From Chloroflexota bacterium (GTDB lineage Bacteria; Chloroflexota; UBA11872; VXOZ01), in NCBI GenBank assembly GCA_963663275.1, contig OY760183.1, positions 864,001 to 928,000 on the forward strand: 64,000 nucleotides of DNA, read 5' to 3'. The position numbers were made by a program, and so were the translations under genes. Position 1 is the stretch's first letter, and each line of letters opens with the position of its first letter. The notes beneath the pieces are model-generated. The model saw only the letters and a program-made list of their open reading frames with translations, had not been told where the DNA came from and ran no database searches. This document shows positions 37,754-46,500 of this stretch, piece by piece.

Positions 37754-38188
37754 TCAACCCTGAAAAACGCTATTTGCTTTGTACTCCGGATAGTTCTCGT
37801 AAATGAACCTTACCAGTTGCGAGAACGACTTGGTCTGTACCCATTCAATGAGCCTGTGCACATACACTTGCACATTCTCAGGCAACTCATCTTGGATCTC
37901 TTTCGCCCGATTCAACCCGTCCGGCCTAATGGAGTATTCCTGCCAGCGGCCAGTCATCGAGGGAACAATAGCCGCAAGTTGCTGACCCGCCAACTCTTCC
38001 GCATCATGGTAGATTGAAGAATCAAAAGGACCATAGTCGTAGGGGACAAAATCATAGTAGCCTTCACCGAGAAGTGTCTCCGGCAGCGTCTTTTCCAGCA
38101 AGAATAATGACTTTTGCAGTTGAACTGGCGTAAGCGCTTCTTCCGTAGAAGCGAGCACCAATAGTAACCAATCCTGCCTACTCATCAC
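37754..38188 (-). CDS. Panacea/SocA (DUF4065)/YwgA-like protein
   Basis: LQKSLFLL...YDFVPYDYGPFDSSIY...IYENYPEY motif pattern. Confidence 0.7.
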   Translation of the reverse strand: MMSRQDWLLLVLASTEEALTPVQLQKSLFLLEKTLPETLLGEGYYDFVPYDYGPFDSSIYHDAEELAGQQLAAIVPSMTGRWQEYSIRPDGLNRAKEIQDELPENVQVYVHRLIEWVQTKSFSQLVRFIYENYPEYKANSVFQG

Positions 38189-38308
38189 TTCTCCCTCATT
38201 CTGACCTGGTTAGGACCGGGACTTACCACGTACCCAAGACAATTCCCTGCAAGTGCTGCAACGACACCTAGTACCATGGTACTTCATCCTGTGTTGTTTT
38301 GAAAATGA

Positions 38309-39262
38309 CTAGAAAGGCAAATCCTCACCGATACCTTCCGCCTCGGCCTTGCGCAGCACGTGGGTGGCGGCGTAGAGGTCTTCCGCGGCGATGCCCTGGG
38401 ATTCGTAGACCGTAATCGCGTCGGCCGGACGGTTCACCGGATGCCGTCCCGCCACCACCTGGCCGATCTCGACCACGTCCTCCCAGTGCGCGAGGCCCGG
38501 TTCCACCGCTGCCAGCAGGTCGCCGCATTCCAGCTTGGCGCCTTCCAGCGAATCGGTCGTGACGAGCCAGGCGCGGCGGAAGACCTCGGTATCCACCTCT
38601 TGTTCGTCCAGCATGTTGTTGCCGGCGGCGTTCAGGTGCGCGCCGGGCCGCAGCCACGCGCCCGCCAGCGCCGGCCGTTTGCTATCGGTGATGGCCGCCA
38701 CCACGTCGGCGGACGCCACCGCCTCCTGCGCGCTGCCGGCCGCCTCTACCGGAATGCCGAGCGCGTCCGTCATTTCCCGCGCAAAGGCCTCGCGCCGCTC
38801 CGCATTGCGGCTGTAGACCAGCGCCCGCGCAATCGGCCGCACGGCGCAGATTGCCTGCATCTGCGTCGGCGCCTGGCGACCCGTGCCCAGCACGCCCAGC
38901 GCCGCCGCGTCCGGACGCGCCAGGTACTTGGTGGCGATGCCGCTGGCCGCGCCGGTGCGGATCGCGCCCAGCAGGCCGGCTTCCAGCACCGCCAGCGGCC
39001 GGCCGTCAGCGGCGCTGTAGAGCGTGACCAGGAACTTTGCGCCCTTGCGGGTAGTGGTGTACACCTTGTGGCCGAACACGCCCAGTTCCGCGTCCCCGGC
39101 GGACATCACGTGCATCATGCCGCCGGGCAGGCGGATGCGGCGGCGCGGCTGGTTGCGCGCCTGTCCCGCGCCCAACGCGCGCAAACAGGCCTCCACCTGC
39201 GCCAGCGCCTCCTCCATGGGCAACAACTGCCGCACGTGCTCTTCGGTCAGGAAGCGAGCCAT
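38309..39262 (-). CDS. Ornithine cyclodeaminase / mu-crystallin family protein
   Basis: IRTGAASGIATKYLA, GTGRQA, PGAHLNAAG, SQGIAAED. Confidence 0.92.
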   Translation of the reverse strand: MARFLTEEHVRQLLPMEEALAQVEACLRALGAGQARNQPRRRIRLPGGMMHVMSAGDAELGVFGHKVYTTTRKGAKFLVTLYSAADGRPLAVLEAGLLGAIRTGAASGIATKYLARPDAAALGVLGTGRQAPTQMQAICAVRPIARALVYSRNAERREAFAREMTDALGIPVEAAGSAQEAVASADVVAAITDSKRPALAGAWLRPGAHLNAAGNNMLDEQEVDTEVFRRAWLVTTDSLEGAKLECGDLLAAVEPGLAHWEDVVEIGQVVAGRHPVNRPADAITVYESQGIAAEDLYAATHVLRKAEAEGIGEDLPF

Positions 39263-39567
39263 CGTAGAGGTCTCCCCTTGTTCGTCTTTCCAGCGGTTTC
39301 ATGCATCCGGCAGAGCCAAGCGCGCAGCCTGGCGCAACGGTCGCGCCTGTGCCGGCGCCTGGCAGCATAGTATCATGCCTGCGTTGCAGCGATTGTGCAC
39401 TCGTGAGTGTGCACGCGGCCGCCGGCGGGGGGGGGGGGGGCCGCGCGCGAGACTTCACTTTCCCGATGGACGCCGGCGGTTCCGCCCCATCGGCGGATGC
39501 CGGGCGGGTCCGCCAATCCCGCAAGCGCCAAGCGGTCCAATCACCTCGACGGCTGCCCGGCCCCCAA

Positions 39568-39597
39568 TTGACGCTGGCGGGAAAAGCTCCGTATAAT
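39568..39597 (+). promoter_or_regulatory. Sigma70 promoter of the tRNA pair
   Basis: TTGACG-N18-TATAAT. Confidence 0.75.
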
Positions 39598-39635
39598 GCA
39601 AGAGAGTCACGCGTGGCGCGCACAACGCGTGGCCG

Positions 39636-39708
39636 GGGCCCATAGCTCAGCGGTTAGAGCTGCTCCCTCATAAGGAGAAGGTCCCTGGTTCGAATCCAGG
39701 TGGGCCCA
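39636..39708 (+). tRNA. tRNA with CAT anticodon, probably tRNA-Ile2 (lysidine)
   Basis: Acceptor stem GGGCCCA/TGGGCCC, loop CTCATAA, GGTTCGAATCC T-arm; C4-G69 and C5-G68 fit TilS substrates; CCA not encoded. Confidence 0.85.
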
Positions 39709-39766
39709 CTTGTCAATGCCGGCCGCAGAGTCCCCACCGGCCGGCCCGATTGGCACATGCACGCGC

Positions 39767-39841
39767 GGCGGGGTAGCTCAATGGTAGAGCGGGGGACTCA
39801 TAAGCCCTAGGTTGTGAGTTCGATTCTCACCCCCGCCACCA
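39767..39841 (+). tRNA. tRNA-Met (CAT), elongator type
   Basis: Paired G1-C72 (GGCGGGG/CCCCGCC), GACTCATAAG anticodon arm, GTTCGATTC, encoded CCA. Confidence 0.88.
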
Positions 39842-39949
39842 CACAAACGCAAGAGCATTCCTGAGTAGACACGCTGCCTACCGGCGTGCTTTTGCGGTTA
39901 AATGAGGCTTGTAGCAACGAGAGTCTGTGAAACGTACGAGGGGTACGCC

Positions 39950-40117
39950 ATGGCGAAAGAACCGAACCTCTCGCCAAGCAGGCGCAGAGCGTTGCAAGCT
40001 AAATCCACGCGCAAGCGTTGGGCTTTCGGTCGCTCCCAGGATCCGGCGGACGCGCCTGAACCCCCAAGCACTGTCAAGCCGCCCCCGCCTCCACCCCCGC
40101 CGCCGCGGAAGAAGTAG
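39950..40117 (+). CDS. Small basic, Pro-rich protein
   Basis: 55-aa ORF after GAGGGG; ends in PPPPPPPPPRKK. Confidence 0.45.
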   Translation: MAKEPNLSPSRRRALQAKSTRKRWAFGRSQDPADAPEPPSTVKPPPPPPPPPRKK

Positions 40118-40246
40118 CCTCACCCCGGCGCAGACAGGGGCGCAGTCCTCGCTGAGGGTTCCGATTCCAGCGCCCGCGCTATCCCCGCAGCGCCGTGTAT
40201 CGCGCTATACTGGGTTTATGTGATTAATACTACGATGGAGGCCGCA

Positions 40247-40525
40247 ATGGACGTTAGAGAAGCAGTAAAGTCAGCAAAGCAAAACCTCTTGGAGCTTTTC
40301 AACGAGGAACCGATCAGCTACGTTGGTCTTGAGGAAGTCGACTTTGATGATGAAGCCGTGGAGTGGATAATCACGATTAGTTTTGCGCGGCTCTGGGAAA
40401 CAACACCGCTTCCGTCAGCACTCGGGAAGCCTCCCGAAGATCGACATTACAAGGTCTTTCGAATCAGCGATCTCGATGGGCGAGTAAAGTCTGTTAAGGA
40501 TCGTATACTGACGACGGCTGAATGA
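40247..40525 (+). CDS. Small acidic protein upstream of the PIN gene (putative antitoxin)
   Basis: GGAGG RBS; GLEEV...W.ITISF...YKVF motif; stop 4 bp before the PIN gene. Confidence 0.7.
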   Translation: MDVREAVKSAKQNLLELFNEEPISYVGLEEVDFDDEAVEWIITISFARLWETTPLPSALGKPPEDRHYKVFRISDLDGRVKSVKDRILTTAE

Positions 40526-40529
40526 CCGC

Positions 40530-40991
40530 GTGCTGATGGCGGAACTCTTCATCGATTCGAACCTGCTGTTGCTCTATGTCGCCGGCAGAACCAGCAGAGA
40601 CATCATTGCCAAACACAAGCGGCTGCGCCGATACACAGCAGCAGACTACGATGCCCTGCTCGCCTATCTTGACGGGTTCGACCGTGTGCTCGTGACGCCG
40701 CACACGCTCGCTGAGACCTCGAACCTGCTGGGGCAACACGGAGAGCCGGAGCGTTCTCGATTATTCGATCAACTGCGGTGCCTTATCCATGAGAGCAAGG
40801 AAGTGGTCGTATCCGGCGCCGACGCAGCCAACAACCGCGCGTTCAAGCGGCTTGGCATCACCGATGCCGCTCTGCTGGAGGTCGTTACAGAGCAGACGCC
40901 CCTGCTTACCGTAGATCTGGATCTATACCACGAGGCGCAACAGCGAGAACCGAATTCGGCGGTAAACTTCAACTACCTGCGGCAACTGTGA
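40530..40991 (+). CDS. PIN domain protein
   Basis: FIDSNLL, TPHTLAETSN, GITDAAL, LLTVD acidic tetrad. Confidence 0.85.
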   Translation: MLMAELFIDSNLLLLYVAGRTSRDIIAKHKRLRRYTAADYDALLAYLDGFDRVLVTPHTLAETSNLLGQHGEPERSRLFDQLRCLIHESKEVVVSGADAANNRAFKRLGITDAALLEVVTEQTPLLTVDLDLYHEAQQREPNSAVNFNYLRQL

Positions 40992-41060
40992 CGCAAGATA
41001 GCTGCCTTGGTGATTAGCTATTCTTTCGCTATGACTCGATGTCCCGACGGCTAGAACGGC

Positions 41061-42353
41061 TTATGGCTCGTCAATAAGTGCCTCTCCGCGCCAGACCAGC
41101 GGCTCGCCGGTTTCAGCGTCGACAGTCCCTTCTAGCTTGGGCGGTTTCTTGGGGTCTGCGCGCGCTCCATCTAACTGCATCTGTGTCAGGTTCTTTACTT
41201 CTCCAAGATACGCACCGGATAGATTCGCTCCCATGGAGGCTGGTCTAATCAAAATCGCCCCATCATGCCCGCGGGGAAAGTGTTGCCCTCCAAAGTACGC
41301 GCCACACAGGTTTACTGCCGCAAGATTTGCGCAAGACATGTCCACTCCCGCAAGATTCGCGCTCGCTAGGTTCGCTCTTCCTAGATTTGCGTTAGGCAGA
41401 ATTGCATCCTCAAGCACAGTACGGGACATGTCCGCACCTACGAGGTGCACGTCGGACATATTTGCACTTTCGAGTTCCGCGCGAGACAGGTTAGCATCTG
41501 CGATAAATGCCCCAGACAGATTCGCTCTCTTGAATTGGGCACCAGACAGATCCGTACCCCAACTCCAGATTTCCATGCCTCTGAGGTCGGCATAGCTAAA
41601 GTCTAACTCAAACTCGGCTTCCCTTTCGAGCGCAACACTCGTCTCTTTGCGGACAGCGATCGCCTGCATGACAGCTTGGACATCCTCCCGCAGTGAGAGC
41701 GTTTCTTCAGACGGATCTCCTTTCGCGTTCGCTGTGCTTTTTCTATAGACTTCCTTGGGTGGATGGCGCACGAACGCGCAGAAGAGTCGCATAATCTGGA
41801 TATGGTACTGCTCGGGGTGTTCCTCGGCGAGACGTCGCAGCGCGTAGATGCCGCCTAAGCGTACTGAAAGGACATCATTGCCGAGCATTTCGGCACCCCT
41901 TTGGTAGCGGTCATTCAGTAGGTCCTGCTCCGCAGTCTTAGCCTGTCGCCCTGCGACCCAACTGCGCCAAACAGCGATTAGCAAGGCGACGAAACCTGCG
42001 AACAACAACCCGACATTGCGAAGCGTCGAAGAGTTGGTTTCCTGCCGATCCTGTCCGTTTGGTACGGCGCCCAACCAATCCCAGTACTTGAAAGTGAGCC
42101 AGATAATGACCAAGACAGCGGCTGCAATGAACAGCCACGCGAACCGCCGCAGTGCTTTCCAAGCTAGGGGCAGAACACGAAGACCCCACCGTTTGCCGTG
42201 TCGCCAGTGACCAACAAACTCTGTCCAACCAATACGTATCCAACGCGCTCTAGCCTGGACAAGGGCGAAGACATGCAGAATCCACAGTTTACTACGACGC
42301 CAACGCGCAACGAGCGCTGTCCAGACTCTTCGTATCCAGGTGAATCGGCTCAA
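41061..42353 (-). CDS. Membrane-anchored pentapeptide repeat protein
   Basis: Two TM segments, RYQRGAEMLG...VRLGGIYAL, then A(N/D)LS pentapeptide repeats; start uncertain. Confidence 0.85.
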   Translation of the reverse strand: MSRFTWIRRVWTALVARWRRSKLWILHVFALVQARARWIRIGWTEFVGHWRHGKRWGLRVLPLAWKALRRFAWLFIAAAVLVIIWLTFKYWDWLGAVPNGQDRQETNSSTLRNVGLLFAGFVALLIAVWRSWVAGRQAKTAEQDLLNDRYQRGAEMLGNDVLSVRLGGIYALRRLAEEHPEQYHIQIMRLFCAFVRHPPKEVYRKSTANAKGDPSEETLSLREDVQAVMQAIAVRKETSVALEREAEFELDFSYADLRGMEIWSWGTDLSGAQFKRANLSGAFIADANLSRAELESANMSDVHLVGADMSRTVLEDAILPNANLGRANLASANLAGVDMSCANLAAVNLCGAYFGGQHFPRGHDGAILIRPASMGANLSGAYLGEVKNLTQMQLDGARADPKKPPKLEGTVDAETGEPLVWRGEALIDEP

Positions 42354-42478
42354 TCCTCACCTCGCTGTGTCACCATCAGTATTGTCCCGATGCGTCTGGC
42401 GATTTCGGTGACGTGTTGCACCTCTTCCGGGGGTGAGGGGGGGCAGTGGAGGATGGTGTGTTCGCGGTAGGAGGGCCG
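42350..42478 (-). pseudogene. Remnant 3' end of the R-M gene (duplicate of about 43555-43672)
   Basis: Translates SYREHTILHCPPSPPEEVQHVTEIARRI, versus SYREHPILNRPLTPEEVQHFTDTARRI in the intact gene. Confidence 0.85.
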
Positions 42479-42594
42479 AATTTGAGCGGCGTGGCGAGTG
42501 CTAAACAAGTCGAATGCTGTCTGGCACCGTAGCAAGGGGGGCATGGCAACTCACCTGACTTGCCAGTGGCAGCCTTGGGGGGACCTTTGAGGGG

Positions 42595-43029
42595 TCAATT
42601 GGCGCTTACTTCAACCTTTTCCTCTGCTGTTTCTTCAGCCTGAAGTACTTGGACAACCGGATCCCCCTCTTTCACGTAGCTATCTTTCTCTTCTGGGTGC
42701 TCCCAGTCTCTTTCCTCTCTCCTAAGCGGCAGGTACTTCTCTCTCCATGCCAGTGGCATAAGCGATTCAGAGAAACTGAAGCCGCGTCTCTCTGTACTTG
42801 TAGAGGCGAGAGCCAGCTTTTCCTGCACTCTCGTCACGCGCACTCTCACTTTTGGACGTCGAATAGACCCCAACCACTCACCAGTGTCGGGGTCACTAAT
42901 GTCTTCACTCTTCGCGTCCAGGACGTCAAAGTACATGCCGACTTCAACGCCATCATTCATTCCCACATTTAGTGCGACTTCCCGCGTATTGAGCACCCGC
43001 GCGACTTTCCCACGAATCTGGTCAGCCAT
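42595..43029 (-). CDS. Hypothetical protein, FlgT C-terminal-like beta domain
   Basis: VALNVGMNDGVEVG.F.V...I.DP.TGE.LG...VRVTRV...GD.V pattern. Confidence 0.65.
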   Translation of the reverse strand: MADQIRGKVARVLNTREVALNVGMNDGVEVGMYFDVLDAKSEDISDPDTGEWLGSIRRPKVRVRVTRVQEKLALASTSTERRGFSFSESLMPLAWREKYLPLRREERDWEHPEEKDSYVKEGDPVVQVLQAEETAEEKVEVSAN

Positions 43030-43032
43030 ATA

Positions 43033-43479
43033 CTACCCCTCCTGCTCATCAGGCGGACGATCGATAGTTCGTGTAAGCTCTGTCACGGAATCCGGCACCA
43101 CGTCTTGCCAATCTGCCAATGCGTCGTCCGCAGTGGAGATGTGTTCGACCACGATCGCCTCGATTATCTTCAGCTTCACTGCGTCATCCTCAGTGCCTAC
43201 TATGGTCTCAGCAACCCGCGACAATCCGTCATACAAAGAACGAAGGCGTCGAAATGCGGAGCGCGCATGTGGCTCGATCATCTCTCTCGCGGCAGCCCTG
43301 GCCGATTGACGACCGAAGATGAAAGAACCGGTGAGTCCCGTGGCTAGAGCAAAGATCTGAAAGAGGGCATTTTCCAAGTTGGTCAGTGTACGTGATGATG
43401 CCAGAAAGACAAAGACAAAAGCTACGGCTACGCTTACCACGACGAGCACTAGTGGCCCAAAGCGTTCAAGGTACTTCAT
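43033..43479 (-). CDS. 2-TM hypothetical protein
   Basis: Two N-terminal hydrophobic helices and a helical C-terminus; 3 bp from the next gene. Confidence 0.7.
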   Translation of the reverse strand: MKYLERFGPLVLVVVSVAVAFVFVFLASSRTLTNLENALFQIFALATGLTGSFIFGRQSARAAAREMIEPHARSAFRRLRSLYDGLSRVAETIVGTEDDAVKLKIIEAIVVEHISTADDALADWQDVVPDSVTELTRTIDRPPDEQEG

Positions 43480-43554
43480 ACTCTATCATCGATTCCAATC
43501 AACATGCCCGCTCCTTCCAAGGCTTCTCCTGATGTAGTTCCGCACACCATATCT

Positions 43555-46500
43555 TCAGACTGAACACGTTAATCCTAGTATAGCGGCAATGCGCCTGGCG
43601 GTGTCGGTGAAGTGTTGGACTTCTTCCGGGGTGAGGGGGCGGTTGAGGATGGGGTGTTCGCGGTAGGAGAGCCATTTTTTGAGGACTTGGTAGCCGCCGA
43701 GTTTGTATTGCCAGACGTTGGCGGGGACGTTTTGCCAGTAGGCGCGGTCGTTGAGGTAGATGTCGTAGGTGGTTGCGCCGAGGGTGGTGATGGTGTTTTC
43801 AAGGTCGGGCGTGGGTGGCGCGGCGGGACTTGCGGGCGCTGGCGATTGCGCCGAACCGGCGGGGTTTGCTGGATTCCGGCGCAAGCCGGAATGACCGGAA
43901 CGCGCGGGGTCGCTCACGGCACGCTGGAAAGCCTCGCGTTCTTTGGCGGTGTAGGCGCGTTCGACGGCGCGGCCTTGGCCGGGCATGACGGCTTCGCCGG
44001 CGCCGTAGTGGCCCCAGCCGGCGGTGAGGGCGAAGTCGTCGCCGGTCATGTTGCCATCGTCGGTGGTGGCGGGCACGGCGATTGCGATAATCTCGGGACG
44101 CAACGGGGCGGTGGTGACGCCGGGCACGGGGGTGTCGGAGTCGAGGAGGTGGGCCAGTTGGCGGCCGCTGGCGGCGGAGGCGGCCAGGGTTTGCGCGGCG
44201 ACGGACGGATGGGTTCCCGTTTTCGCGGGAGCGATGGAGGGGTCCGCGCCGGGCGCGCCCGCGTTGACCGGATTGTCGGCGGGGTCTGCCGGCGTGTCGG
44301 ACGGATGGGTTCCCGTTTTCACGGGAACGACGGAGAAATCTGCCGCGTCAGCCGGGGTCTGGATTCCGGCCTGCGCCGGAATGACGGATGGGTCCGCGGC
44401 GGGCGCGTCCGCGTGTGCCGTGGCCGTAGGGGCGGTTCGCGAACCGCCCCTACCGGTGGGGGACGCCGCGGCGAGTTCGGGCCAGCCGGGGAGCGGGATG
44501 CGCGGCCACTCCATGCGCAGCGCGCCGGCGTTGGCCCGGCGGTAGGCGGGGTCGTGGAGAACGGCGAGCGTGTGGTAGAAGAGGTCTTCCACGTCTAGGC
44601 CGAGACGTTCGAGGTAGCGTTGCGCGGCAGGCGAGAGGTTGGGGACGTATTGCGCGCCGGTCTCGTCGGCTCCCAAGCCGGTCTCGTGGATCCAGACGGG
44701 AAGATAGGCGGTACTGCCGTCCATGTGGTTGATGTCTCCCATGTTCGTGGCTACCAGTGGGGGTGACCACTCCCGACGCTGCTTTTGAGGAGTTACCAGC
44801 CACAGGTTGCCTTCAAACACATGGGGCTTGTATTCAGCACGCGGACGATTGAGCAAACCGCTATCCGCCTCCCAGTACAACCAGCGGTTGTCGAATGGCC
44901 GATAGGCGAATTCGATAAAGCCGGTCTCAATTGGGCCACGACGTATGAGCAGTTTGTCGCGTGTTGACTGAGCATCAAAATGCTGCATGCTCTTCATGAT
45001 GACCGGGTAGCGCCGGGCGATCTCCTCGTGATTTAGACCCACGTCAAAGTAATCGGCAATCCGTTCTCTGAGTTGGTCGAGATCTGTATGGGTAAGAAAC
45101 CTGTCGCGGCTGGTATTGACCCCTGGAAACGATGTGGGAAACAGATCGGTCAGCGCGGGCCAGTTGAACCAATCTTCGCTGACCGCCGTAGGCGCAAAGG
45201 GCAGGCCCAGCGGCAAGAGCGGCGCAACTGTGTCATAGAGCGTATTCGGTTCCGCCGCCGCCGTTTCCAGCAACTCTTGAGGCTTGGCCTGGCCCCAGAG
45301 GTGGCGGAAGCCGACCTGCTTGCTGGGCTGGTGGTCGGCCTTGCGCACCAATGTTGTGATGGCGGTGCCGACCTGGATGCCCACCGGGTCCTCCGGCGTG
45401 GAGAAGATGCTGGGGTCGGGCGCGCCCTGCGGCGTGGTCTTGCCGGTCTTGTACTTATCGCCGTTCAGGCAGTCGATGCGAATCGCGTCGAACGCCTCCA
45501 GGTAGCGTTCCCTCATGCCCGTAAACGAAAGGCCGTCGAGCCAGGAGTAGTTGGAGATGAAGCAGACGACGCCCTGGCCGGTTTTCTCGGCGATGCGGCG
45601 TTCGGCCATGCGGAAGAAGCGGACGTAGAGGTCGTTCAGCCCCTGGCCTTCGGGACGGCGCACGCGCCGGGTCGCGCGGTACGCGGTGGAAAGTTCCCGT
45701 TCCTCGTCCACGGCCATACCGGCGTAGCCGTTGTAGGGCGGGTTGCCCAGCACCACCAGGATGGGCTTCTCCTGTTTCACCGCATTGGCCCGTTCGCGCT
45801 CCTCTTCCAGTTCCGGGAACGGCAGCGCCTTCCAGCCGGACGGCTCCCAGCCGGTGAGGGCGTTGGTGAGGAAGATGCCGGCGCGCTCGCTGCTGCCCGC
45901 CGTCGCGCCGCCGGCTGAGGGGGCGTCATCGGCCAGGGGCGCGTCCAGGGCTTGCAGGGTGAGGCCGACCTGGAGGTGGGCCACCACGAACGGCGCGGGC
46001 ATGATCTCGAAGCCGAAGACCCGCGAGGTGGCGGCCTGTTTCACCCGCGCGCCGGTGAGCGCGCCCAGGCCGCGGCCGCGCAGATTGTCCGCGATGCGGC
46101 GCAGGGTTTCCGCCAGGTACGCGCCGGTGCCGCAGCAGGGATCCAGCACGTAGACGTTCTCCGCCGCCAGGCCGTCAGCGATGCCCAGGTCGTCTTTCAG
46201 CGCCTTATCCACCCGCGCCACCATGTAGCGCACCACTTCGACGGGCGTGTACCAGACGCCCAGTTGCTTGCGCAGGGCGGGATCGAAGGCTTCCAGAAAC
46301 GGCTCGTAGAAGTAGGGCACGGCCTCGCCCTCGCTGAAGCGGCTGAAGAAAGCGTCACGGTCCACCCGGTCCAGCGCGGCGGCGGTCCAATCGAGCACTT
46401 CCACCAAGCCCAGCGGTTGCAGGCGGCCGGGATCGGAAATCTGCTGGAAGAGCGCCCGCAACACCGGCGCGCGCAGATGCCAGACGGCGGTGCGCCAATC

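Noticed and set aside
39767-39841. Initiator tRNA-fMet
   Set aside because: G1-C72 is paired, and the anticodon stem lacks the G29-G31/C39-C41 run.
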